Below are positions 27,403 to 35,976 of a stretch of 43,107 nt of DNA, piece by piece. Both the position numbers and the translations under genes were made by a program. This DNA is from Acidimicrobiia bacterium (lineage in GTDB: Bacteria; Actinomycetota; Acidimicrobiia; Spongiisociales; JAHEDJ01). The DNA is taken from assembly GCA_029210695.1 (NCBI GenBank), contig JARGFH010000007.1, positions 62,001-105,107 of the forward strand, in the 5' to 3' direction. The notes below the pieces were generated by a model, which made no database searches, was not told the origin of the DNA, and was given only the letters and a program-made list of their open reading frames with translations. Each line of letters opens with the position of its first letter. Position 1 is the first letter of the stretch.

Positions 27403-28842
27403 TCAGGCCCGATCAGCAGGTCGGTCTAGGCCGAGGCCGGGGCTATGTTTCTCAAAGAGATTGCCGAACGACGATTCCAGTCCGAGCGCCACCCGGAATG
27501 GGACGGCATCAGAATGGGGCGGGCCGACGATTTGCATGCCGATCGGCACTCCCGTGCTCGGTGCGAGTCCGATCGGCAAGTTGACCACGGGGAGCGTGCC
27601 GAGGATGTTGAACGGATAGGTCATAACCAGGTCGAGCATGTCCCCGAGATCGCCGGTGCCTCCCGAATCGGGATGACCGAGGTCGGCCGCGATCGAAGTG
27701 GTGACGAGTGTCGGGCATATCAACGCTTCGTACCCGGCGTGGAACACGGTGCGTTGAAGTCCGGCAAACATCTCATCTCCGTAGCGCCAGCTCTCTATCC
27801 ACTCCTCGACGGATACCGGCGCTCTCCCGAAGAACTCGCGAATGTATGGAGTCAGGCGGTCGTCACTCGTGTCAGGGATGGACCCTCGGAGAATGGCGCC
27901 GGACTGGAATGAGAGGTGGGTCATCGCGATGTTCGCGGCTCGCCCTGTCCAGTCGAGTTCTACGGTTTCAACCGTTGCACCGAGTCCGCGCAGCCGGTCG
28001 GCCACAGCCTCGAGCGCGTCGACGATCTCCGAGTCGGGTGAGAAGTAGCCAAGGTCGGGGCTCATCGCGATTCGCATGCCGGAAACCGGCAGGAACTGCG
28101 ACGGCAACTCGAGCGGGGGAGCGGAGTACATGTCGCCATCCAATGGACCGGCGATTGCGTTCTCGAGGAGTATGACATCCGCCACCGTGCGGCCGAGTGG
28201 CCCGGAGGCAGCGTAGGGCTCGCGATTCCACGGCCAATACTCGGGAACCCGGCCCCAGGGAGGCTTGAAGCCGACGACACCGTTCATCGACGCCGGAATC
28301 CTGATCGACCCACCGATATCGCTGCCGGTCGCCAGGATGGAAGATCCGGCGGCCAGGCTCGCTCCCGAGCCGCCGGACGACCCTCCGCTGGTCATTGCCA
28401 GGTTCCACGGCGAACGCGTAATCCCGTGGAGAAACGACCAGGTGACGATGGCCATCGAGAACTCCGGCGTCGTGGTGTGCGCGTGAACAATCCCACCGGC
28501 ATCGAGTATCCGCTGAGTGATTGGGTCGGTGCCGGAGGCGATCTCGTCCTGGAAAAGCAGCGACCCCTGTGTCCACCGGCGGCCGTCGATGCGCGGTTCG
28601 TCCTTGGCGGCGATCGGGAGCCCCTCGAGCGGTCGGGCCGTGCCGCCGGCGTATCGTTCGCCGGCCTCCCTGGCCCGGTCGAGAGCTTCCTCGAAGTATG
28701 TGTCGACAAAGGCGTTGATCAGAGGTTCGGTCGCTTCGGCCCTGGCGATGATGGCCTCGAGCAATTCGAGCGGTGAGAGTTGGCGAGTTCGGAACCCGGC
28801 CAGTGCTTGCGTAGCGTCTAAGTAGGCAAGTTCGTTGGACAT
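27403..28842 (-). CDS. Amidase signature family protein
   Basis: Lys (AAKD), GGSSGGSGA and GSDIGGSIRIPAS give the Ser-cisSer-Lys triad. ATG at 28842 with GGAG RBS. Confidence 0.92.
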   Translation of the reverse strand: MSNELAYLDATQALAGFRTRQLSPLELLEAIIARAEATEPLINAFVDTYFEEALDRAREAGERYAGGTARPLEGLPIAAKDEPRIDGRRWTQGSLLFQDEIASGTDPITQRILDAGGIVHAHTTTPEFSMAIVTWSFLHGITRSPWNLAMTSGGSSGGSGASLAAGSSILATGSDIGGSIRIPASMNGVVGFKPPWGRVPEYWPWNREPYAASGPLGRTVADVILLENAIAGPLDGDMYSAPPLELPSQFLPVSGMRIAMSPDLGYFSPDSEIVDALEAVADRLRGLGATVETVELDWTGRAANIAMTHLSFQSGAILRGSIPDTSDDRLTPYIREFFGRAPVSVEEWIESWRYGDEMFAGLQRTVFHAGYEALICPTLVTTSIAADLGHPDSGGTGDLGDMLDLVMTYPFNILGTLPVVNLPIGLAPSTGVPIGMQIVGPPHSDAVPFRVALGLESSFGNLFEKHSPGLGLDRPADRA

Positions 28843-28904
28843 CGCTCTCCACTTCCTGCTCGCTTGACCGTGGGCAGATGTGCTACCGGCCATCTTCGCG
28901 CAAC

Positions 28905-28920
28905 CCTATCAAACGATAGG
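28905..28920. promoter_or_regulatory. Palindromic operator, site 4
   Basis: CCTATC-aaac-GATAGG upstream of the amidase-urease operon. Confidence 0.8.
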
Positions 28921-28934
28921 CGAGACCGGGCTTT

Positions 28935-29606
28935 CTAGACCGAACGGTCGTCGTACAGCGGCAGCAGCGCCATTGCGTCCCGCCTCACCCGATCGAGTGA
29001 GTCGGACTCGGCCAGGAGGCTACGGAGAATGAGGGTGGCCGCCTCGTCTGGATGCGATTGTCGCTTGAGATAGTCGGTGGTGGCGAAGAGGTTGGCCCGC
29101 GCCAGCAAAGCGCTCACCATCTGCTGTGCGAGCCAGGAGTCGCCATCGGCAAACTCGCCGGACTCCTGACCGGAGCAAATCAACGAATGAGTGAGGTCGT
29201 CAAACTGGTTGACCAGAGTTTGGAAGAGGGCCAGGTCGGGGTCATTGAGGACTTCGTAGCTGATGTGGGCCCGCATGTCGTAGGGGGAGTTGACGATCCG
29301 GGTGATCTCCCCGCGGATCATGGCGTACAGCTTGGCCGCTGGTGCAGCGTCGGCCTCCACCAGGCGCTTGAGGCCGGCAACTGCGGGAAGGAGGTCATGC
29401 TTGTACAGCTCTTCGGCGATAGCCCGTTTGGTGGGGAAGTGAAAGAACAGTGAGGGCTGGCTGATCCCGACGGCGGCCGCGATCTCTCTGGTGGTCGTTC
29501 CGTGGTACCCGTTGACCGCCAGCAGCCGGGAAGCTTCGATCAGGATGCGCTCGCGAGTATCCGGAGTGTCGACTGCGGTCGTCTTGTCATTCCCTTTGCT
29601 GTTCAT
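28935..29606 (-). CDS. TetR family regulator, AmtR-like (copy 2)
   Basis: TRERILIEASRLL...TTTREIAAAVGISQPSLFFHFPTK. Corresponds to the C-terminal third of track ORF 28935..30779. Confidence 0.88.
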   Translation of the reverse strand: MNSKGNDKTTAVDTPDTRERILIEASRLLAVNGYHGTTTREIAAAVGISQPSLFFHFPTKRAIAEELYKHDLLPAVAGLKRLVEADAAPAAKLYAMIRGEITRIVNSPYDMRAHISYEVLNDPDLALFQTLVNQFDDLTHSLICSGQESGEFADGDSWLAQQMVSALLARANLFATTDYLKRQSHPDEAATLILRSLLAESDSLDRVRRDAMALLPLYDDRSV

Positions 29607-29670
29607 GTCCACCACCGAGCGAATCCCATTGTCTCTTCGGAGGCCGTGACCGGCCACCTTCGACAGTCTA

Positions 29671-29686
29671 TCTATCATTTGATAGG
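29671..29686. promoter_or_regulatory. Palindromic operator, site 5
   Basis: TCTATC-attt-GATAGG between divergent TetR2 and amidinotransferase 2. Confidence 0.78.
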
Positions 29687-29717
29687 CTGGGCGCAGGATC
29701 CGTTGTCGGAGGTGTAG

Positions 29718-30851
29718 ATGACCCGGGTGAACTCGTGGAACGAGTGGGATCCGCTCAAGCACGTGGTCGTTGGCCGTATCGACAGCCGGATGGTAGGTGC
29801 ACCCGAGGCCGGCATGGTTCTCGATCTTCCGGGCGTCGGTCTGAAGCCGGGCGAGTGGCACGAAATACCCGATCATTACGTGGATAAGGCCACCGCGCAG
29901 ATGGAGAGCTTCGCTTCCCTGCTTGCCGGACGAGGCATCAAAGTCGACCGACCGACTTCGATGGACGATCACCAGTACGTTCGCACTCCGGACTGGGAAT
30001 GCAACCACATGTTTGGGACGATGCCGCCCCGCGACATCCTGATGGCGTACGGCAACGAGATCCTCGAGGCGACCATGTCGCAGCGATCCCGCTGGTTCGA
30101 GTTCCTCGCCTACAAGCCGCTCCTCGAGCGGTACTTCAAAGAGGATCCCAACTTCCTGTGGGAGGCAGCTCCCAAACCGCGTTTGTCTGATGAGTCCTAC
30201 GTCCCCGGCTACTGGGACGACTTCTACGGCACATGGTCGAACGAGGAACTGACGGCCCGCATGGAGCGGTTTGAGTTTCATCTGACCGAGAAGGAGCCTC
30301 TCTTCGATGTTGCCGACGCCATGCGATTTGGCAAAGACATCTTCATCCAGCATTCGGCACCCACCAACAGAGCCGGCATCGACTGGTTCAAACGCCACTT
30401 CGAAGCGCGGGGTTTCCGCGTACATGTTCTGGCGTTTGGCGGGACTGTTCAGCCTTGGCATATCGACGTAACGCTCGTTCCGCTGCGGCCGGGTCTGATC
30501 ATCGTGAACCCGAACCATCCGTCCCTCGTTCCAGAGTTCTACGAACTGTTCAAGATCAACGATTGGGAGGTCGTCGAGGCGGTTCCCGTCTCCAGGGCCA
30601 AGCAGCCGCCCTACAGCATGTGCCACGAGTCGCTCGGCTACAACGTGTTCTCGCTCGATCCGAGCACCGTGTGCGTGGAGTCGAACGAAGTTGAGTTCAT
30701 GGATCAACTCGACGGACTCGGTCTTGACGTCGTCCCCATCGACTTCATCGATGTATCGATGTTCGGCGGCGCCCTGCACTGCGCAACCCTCGACGTTGAG
30801 CGGGACGGCGACATGGAGGACTACTTCCCGAACCAGATTCCCGGATTCTGA
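29718..30851 (+). CDS. Amidinotransferase, copy 2
   Basis: VNSWNEWDPLKHVVVG, PRDILM, FDVAD, WHID, GGALHC; GGAGG RBS. Confidence 0.9.
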   Translation: MTRVNSWNEWDPLKHVVVGRIDSRMVGAPEAGMVLDLPGVGLKPGEWHEIPDHYVDKATAQMESFASLLAGRGIKVDRPTSMDDHQYVRTPDWECNHMFGTMPPRDILMAYGNEILEATMSQRSRWFEFLAYKPLLERYFKEDPNFLWEAAPKPRLSDESYVPGYWDDFYGTWSNEELTARMERFEFHLTEKEPLFDVADAMRFGKDIFIQHSAPTNRAGIDWFKRHFEARGFRVHVLAFGGTVQPWHIDVTLVPLRPGLIIVNPNHPSLVPEFYELFKINDWEVVEAVPVSRAKQPPYSMCHESLGYNVFSLDPSTVCVESNEVEFMDQLDGLGLDVVPIDFIDVSMFGGALHCATLDVERDGDMEDYFPNQIPGF

Positions 30852-30897
30852 AGAATCGACTCTTCAACCGACACCGTTTGCAGGAAAGGACCCAGAG

Positions 30898-32307
30898 ATG
30901 GCGGACTACATGAGCACCGAGACCCCGGCGGTTGTTGAACGCGATAAGCGCCACCATGTTCATCCATATCAGGTGTTCGACTCGTTCGCCGAGCATGGCG
31001 CACTCCCCATCGCCTCCGGGCACGGTGCCTTCATCACCGACACCGACGGCAAGCGGTATGTGGACGCGGTCGGCGGTCTGTGGTGCACGAACATCGGGTT
31101 GGGACGCGAGGAAATGGTCGAGGCTATCGCCCACCAGGTGAGACGACTCGCCTATTCCAACCCGTTTGTCGATATGACACATGTGCCGGCGGCTGATCTA
31201 GCGACCAAACTCGCCGAGCTCGCTCCCGGTGACTTGAACCACGTGTTCTTCAGTACGGGTGGTTCGACCGCCAACGATCTTGCCTACCGGATCATTCAGT
31301 TCTATCAAGCAGTACGCGGCAAACCCGAAAAGCGCCACGTGATCTCTCGCATCGACGCCTATCACGGTCAGACGTACGCGGCCGTGTCGATCGGAGGCAA
31401 GCCGGGTGACCGGATCGATGAGTTCGAGTTCCTCGACAACATCCATCATCTCAGCTCACCAAACCAGTATCGGTACGGGCGCCATCTCTCCGAGAAGGAA
31501 TTCGGCGACCAGTTGTACGACGAGTTCGAGAGCAAGGTGGCCGAACTCGGTGGGGCCGAAAAGGTCGCCGCCTTTTTCGCCGAGCCGATCATGGGTGCAG
31601 GTGGCGTTGTCCCTCCTCCCGACAACTATCTGAAACGCATCTGGGAGTTCTGCCGGGACAACGACATCATCTATGTTTCGGATGAAGTCGTCACCGGTTT
31701 CGGGCGTCTGGGCGAATGGTTCGCTTCTGAGAAGATCTTCGGTATCGAACCCGACATCATCACCTCCGCCAAGGGTCTCACGTCTGGATACTTGCCACTA
31801 GGCGCAACGATCTTCTCAGATCGGATCTTCGATGTGATCGCCGAACCCGGACACCATCGTTATCTGCCGCTGGGTTTCACGTACGGCGGTCATCCTGTCT
31901 CCTGCGCGGCCGCTCTCAAGAACATCGAGATAATTGAGAACGAGGGCATCCTCGAGCACGTCCGTGAGATCGGGCCATACCTCATGGAGCAGTTGGAGAC
32001 TCTGCGGGAGCTGCCGATGGTTGGTGACGTCCGGGGCTCCCACCTGATGGTGTGCATCGAGTTCGTGCGTGATGTCGAGACCGGTGAGGCATATCCAGAC
32101 GAAATCGACATCGGCAAGCGGGTGTCGAACGAGTGCGATGCTCGCGGCTTGATCGTGCGACCGGTCGAGAACCTCAACATCATGTCGCCGCCGCTCATCA
32201 TCACACGGCAGGACATCGAGTTCATCGTCGACACGTTACGGGAGTCGATCCCGCCGGCCTATGCGGCGGCCGAGAAGGCGATGACCGAGATTGGGAAGGG
32301 GACATAG
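30898..32307 (+). CDS. Class III PLP aminotransferase (SpuC/putrescine-pyruvate-like)
   Basis: DAVGGLWCTNIG, AYHG, EPIMGAGG, DEVVTGFGRLG, SAKGLTSGY, GFTYGGHP; AAGGA RBS. Confidence 0.92.
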   Translation: MADYMSTETPAVVERDKRHHVHPYQVFDSFAEHGALPIASGHGAFITDTDGKRYVDAVGGLWCTNIGLGREEMVEAIAHQVRRLAYSNPFVDMTHVPAADLATKLAELAPGDLNHVFFSTGGSTANDLAYRIIQFYQAVRGKPEKRHVISRIDAYHGQTYAAVSIGGKPGDRIDEFEFLDNIHHLSSPNQYRYGRHLSEKEFGDQLYDEFESKVAELGGAEKVAAFFAEPIMGAGGVVPPPDNYLKRIWEFCRDNDIIYVSDEVVTGFGRLGEWFASEKIFGIEPDIITSAKGLTSGYLPLGATIFSDRIFDVIAEPGHHRYLPLGFTYGGHPVSCAAALKNIEIIENEGILEHVREIGPYLMEQLETLRELPMVGDVRGSHLMVCIEFVRDVETGEAYPDEIDIGKRVSNECDARGLIVRPVENLNIMSPPLIITRQDIEFIVDTLRESIPPAYAAAEKAMTEIGKGT

Positions 32308-32311
32308 GTCG

Positions 32312-33937
32312 ATGACTGCGGTGCGGGTCTTCCACAGTGGGATGGTCTACACGGCGGACGCCGCAGGGACCCGGACGCAGGCAGTGGCAGTCGGCCACGG
32401 CCGCATCATGGCCGTGGGCAGCGACAACGAGGTGCTAACCGCCTATCCGAGCGCCGAACTGATGGATCTCGGAGGCCGCACCATGGTCCCCGGCTTCATC
32501 GACGCTCACAACCACTATCTGGCTACCGGGGAAGGGCTGGCAGCCATCGATGCGCGCTTTCCGGGAGTTGCTTCGCCTGATGACCTCGTGGCGGCAGTAG
32601 CCGCAGCAGCCGACGACCGAGCGGCCGGGCAGTGGTTGTCCGGTTTTGGGTTCGATCACGCCAAGTACGACCGGTGGCCCACCCGGTGGGACCTCGACCG
32701 AGCGACCACGGAGCATCCTGTCGCCATCCGTCACGTCTCGGGTCATTACCTGCTGGTCAACTCCGTCGCCCTGGCTGCAGCCGGCGTTAACGACTCCACC
32801 CCCGATCCAAAGGGCGGCGCTTTCGTACGGGACGAAGTCGGACACCTCACCGGGCTGTGCCTCGATGCAGCGATGGGCATCGTCGAGCCGGTCGCGGTTG
32901 ACATCGGTTCGCACGGCCCGAACTTCCACGTGCAGGCTTCGATGGACGACCTGGTGGCTGCCGTTGATCGGGCTGGCCGGGCCTACGTGGCCGCCGGCCT
33001 TACGACCGTGTGCGACGCCCAGGTCACCAGACGTGAAATGGCCGCCTATCGCCGGGCCCGGGCGCTGGGTTCCTGGTGGGTGCGAGTGGCTTGCATGCCT
33101 CTCTCCAACCAACTGGCCGAGTACGGTGCCGCCGGTCTGGCCAGTGGGTTCGGAGACGACATGCTCTGGTTGGGGCCGATGAAGTTCTACATGGATGGCT
33201 CCCTGATCGGTGGAACGGCGGTCTTCACGGAACCGTATGGAGAACACGGGGAGTTCGAGGGGATCTTCTACTGGCAGCCCGAGGAGATGCGGTCGATGAT
33301 CACCGAAGCGCATCGCCAGGGATGGCAGGTGGGAGTGCACACCCAGGGAGACCGCGCCATTGAAGCAACCCTCGATGCCATCGAGGCGGCTATGGAGTCC
33401 GATCCACGTCCGGACCCGCGGCACCGAATAGAGCACTGCGGCCTTCCAACGGCGGAGCAGGTCGCCCGCATGGCACGCCTGGGCGTGGTAGCAATCAACC
33501 AGCCCAACTATCTGCACGATCAGGGGGACGAGTTCCTCGCCAGGCTCGGCGAGCGGGCTCATCGGCTCCAGCCCCTTCGAGCCGAGCTCGAGGCTGGAGT
33601 GACGATCGCCCTGAGCAGCGACGCCGACGTCACCACTTTCCGGCCGCTCGAGACCATCACCAACGCGGTGATGCGCACGACTATGGGAGGTCGAGCGATC
33701 GGCGCCGACCAGGCGTTGACCGTTGAGGAGGCGATCCGAGCCCACACCATCGACGCGGCATACTCCATCTTCGCCGAAGACCGGCTCGGATCCATCGAAC
33801 CCGGCAAACAGGCCGATCTGGTCGTCATCGACGGTGACCCCTTCTCGGCTCCGCCCAACGAGATTCGTGATCTGGAAGTGTGGATGACCGTGATCGACGG
33901 AAAGACGGTCTTCGATCCGGGCGGGCTGATCCTGTGA
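32312..33937 (+). CDS. YtcJ-like amidohydrolase (Amidohydro_3)
   Basis: PGFIDAHNH, KFYMDGS, VHTQGD, RIEHC, SSD, GSIEPGKQADLV. Confidence 0.9.
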   Translation: MTAVRVFHSGMVYTADAAGTRTQAVAVGHGRIMAVGSDNEVLTAYPSAELMDLGGRTMVPGFIDAHNHYLATGEGLAAIDARFPGVASPDDLVAAVAAAADDRAAGQWLSGFGFDHAKYDRWPTRWDLDRATTEHPVAIRHVSGHYLLVNSVALAAAGVNDSTPDPKGGAFVRDEVGHLTGLCLDAAMGIVEPVAVDIGSHGPNFHVQASMDDLVAAVDRAGRAYVAAGLTTVCDAQVTRREMAAYRRARALGSWWVRVACMPLSNQLAEYGAAGLASGFGDDMLWLGPMKFYMDGSLIGGTAVFTEPYGEHGEFEGIFYWQPEEMRSMITEAHRQGWQVGVHTQGDRAIEATLDAIEAAMESDPRPDPRHRIEHCGLPTAEQVARMARLGVVAINQPNYLHDQGDEFLARLGERAHRLQPLRAELEAGVTIALSSDADVTTFRPLETITNAVMRTTMGGRAIGADQALTVEEAIRAHTIDAAYSIFAEDRLGSIEPGKQADLVVIDGDPFSAPPNEIRDLEVWMTVIDGKTVFDPGGLIL

Positions 33938-34941
33938 GCTTCCGAATGCCGGCCGAATGGGAGCCACACGAGCGCACCCTGATGGCCTGGCCGGTGCACC
34001 ACTCGTGGGGAGCCCACCTCGACCGTGCTCGGCAGGCGTATGCCGATCTGGCCAACGCCATCATCGACTTCGAGCCGCTCACGATGCTCGTCAACCCTGG
34101 CGAGGGCGCCGGAGCCCATCGCCTCCTGAGCAGCCGGATCGACCTGGTCGAGATCCCCTACGAGTCGGCGTGGCAGCGCGACTCCGGGCCCCTCGTCGTG
34201 GTGGATGACCAGGGATCTCGCCGCGGAATCGATTTCCGCTTCAACGCCTGGGGTGAACGCTTTTTGCCCTACCAACAGACCGCCGAAGCCGCCGGGGCGA
34301 TCCTGTCCCACCTGGGCATCGAGCGGGTCGCCTCGTCCATGGTGCTCGAAGGAGGCTCGATCACCGTCGACGGTGAGGGCACGCTCATCACCACCGAGCA
34401 ATGTTTACTCAATCCCAACCGCAATCGGGATATGACGAGAGGAGACATCGAACGGGAACTCGGGGAGAAGCTGGGTATCGAGAAGGTCATCTGGCTCCCC
34501 GTCGGCATCGCCGCCGACTTCGCTACCGACGGACACGTAGACGCGGTGTGCACATTCGCGGCGCCGGGCGCCGTCCTCCTCCAAGGCTGCACCGACCCCC
34601 ACGATCCCGATTTCGAGCGTATGGCGGCCAACCGGGCGGCGCTCGACACGCAGACCGACAGCTCCGGACGCTCCTTGCAGGTCATCGAACTCCCCGACTT
34701 GCCCGGCGAGCCGTTCAAGGGGGCCGACATCGGGGTTGCCTACGCCAACCTCGTCATCGTCAACGGGGCCGTGATCGGCGGGATCGGCGGATACCCAACC
34801 GACGATGAGGCCCTGGAGATCATCGGCACGGCGTTCCCCCAACGCGCGGTGGTCGGTGTCGATGCAAGGATCATCTCGTACGCGGGCGGCGGTCCCCATT
34901 GCACGACGATGCAGATACCGGCAGGAGGGTCCACAACATGA
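33934..34941 (+). CDS. aguA: Agmatine deiminase family protein
   Basis: MPAEWEPH, WQRDSGP, FNAWG, LEGGSI, TEQCLLNPNRN, TDGHVD, GGGPHCTTMQIP. GTGA overlap start. Confidence 0.9.
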   Translation: MSFRMPAEWEPHERTLMAWPVHHSWGAHLDRARQAYADLANAIIDFEPLTMLVNPGEGAGAHRLLSSRIDLVEIPYESAWQRDSGPLVVVDDQGSRRGIDFRFNAWGERFLPYQQTAEAAGAILSHLGIERVASSMVLEGGSITVDGEGTLITTEQCLLNPNRNRDMTRGDIERELGEKLGIEKVIWLPVGIAADFATDGHVDAVCTFAAPGAVLLQGCTDPHDPDFERMAANRAALDTQTDSSGRSLQVIELPDLPGEPFKGADIGVAYANLVIVNGAVIGGIGGYPTDDEALEIIGTAFPQRAVVGVDARIISYAGGGPHCTTMQIPAGGSTT

Positions 34942-35879
34942 CCGACTTCCAGGTGATCACGAGAATCGACGACGTGCTTCCCTCACCGGCTCGGCATGAG
35001 GCGCCGAGCGGTCGGGGTGTGTTGCGAATTGGGGCCGTGCAGTGTGCCTGGGACGCCGACCCCGACCTGCATCAGGCAACGCTGGCGGAAGGGATTCGGC
35101 TGGCGGCGTCGCAGGGGGCGAGAGTGATATGCCTGCAGGAGCTCACGCTTTCGCCCTACTTCGCGGTCGCCCCCGACGACATCGAGGCGGCCGCCCGCTG
35201 GATCGAAGACCTCGAAGAAGGACCGACCGCGACTTTCGCCAGACGGATGGCAGCCGAGACCGGCGCGACCATCCACGCCAGTCTCTATGAGCGAGATCCC
35301 GGCGGGCTCGGCTTCAACACCGCCATCGCGATGGATGCGGCCGGAGAACTGCGGGCTCGCACTCGCAAGGTACATATTCCCCAGTTCCCGCTCTATCACG
35401 AAGATCGCTACTTCGCTCCGGGCGACAGCGGGTTCCCCGTGATCGACATCGAAGGAGCCGGCTTCGGGTTCCCGACCTGCTGGGACCAGTGGTATCCGGA
35501 ACTGGCCCGCATCTACTCGCTCGAAGGCGCAGAGATTCTCGTCTATCCCACAGCAATCGGCATCGACCCGGACGAACTCGACTACGACACGCAACCCATG
35601 TGGCGGCACATCATCACCGCCAACGGCATGGCCAACGCGACCTTCATGGTGGTGATCAACCGCATCGGCACCGAAGGTCCGACCACCTTCTACGGCTCGT
35701 CGTTCATCTCCGATCCATACGGGCGAGTCGTTGTCGAAGCCCCGCGCGACGAACCGGCGGTGCTGGTCGCGGACCTCGATCTCGACCAACGAAGGGACTG
35801 GATGACCTTCGGGCTCTTCGACACCAGGCGCCCGGATCAGTACCAGCGATTGGCACAGTCGGACGGGGACGGTGCATGA
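34938..35879 (+). CDS. aguB: Nitrilase-family hydrolase, N-carbamoylputrescine amidase-like
   Basis: Glu-Lys-Cys triad (LQEL, RKVHIP, TCWDQWYPE), YPTAIG, NRIGTEG, FYGSSFI; adjacent to aguA. Confidence 0.85.
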   Translation: MTDFQVITRIDDVLPSPARHEAPSGRGVLRIGAVQCAWDADPDLHQATLAEGIRLAASQGARVICLQELTLSPYFAVAPDDIEAAARWIEDLEEGPTATFARRMAAETGATIHASLYERDPGGLGFNTAIAMDAAGELRARTRKVHIPQFPLYHEDRYFAPGDSGFPVIDIEGAGFGFPTCWDQWYPELARIYSLEGAEILVYPTAIGIDPDELDYDTQPMWRHIITANGMANATFMVVINRIGTEGPTTFYGSSFISDPYGRVVVEAPRDEPAVLVADLDLDQRRDWMTFGLFDTRRPDQYQRLAQSDGDGA

Positions 35880-35920
35880 ACACGACTCGGACGACACCCC
35901 GTCAATCACGGATCCTTAGG

Positions 35921-35943
35921 ATTGGATCTAAACCAGATCCGAT
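35921..35943. promoter_or_regulatory. Inverted repeat upstream of peptide-type ABC operon
   Basis: ATTGGATCT-aaacc-AGATCCGAT (one mismatch); distinct from the CCTATC motif. Confidence 0.45.
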
Positions 35944-35976
35944 TCTCCAAACAGCACCCGAGAGGAGATAGAAACC

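Noticed and set aside
29607..30779. 614-aa ORF extending TetR2 by about 390 aa
   Set aside because: The extension is the antisense shadow of amidinotransferase 2 and crosses the operator. Only the TetR part has recognisable motifs.
14702..32307. Secondary-metabolite (guanidino antibiotic/toxin) biosynthetic cluster
   Set aside because: No NRPS, PKS, ATP-grasp ligase, glycosyltransferase or exporter. Importers and hydrolases dominate, which indicates catabolism.
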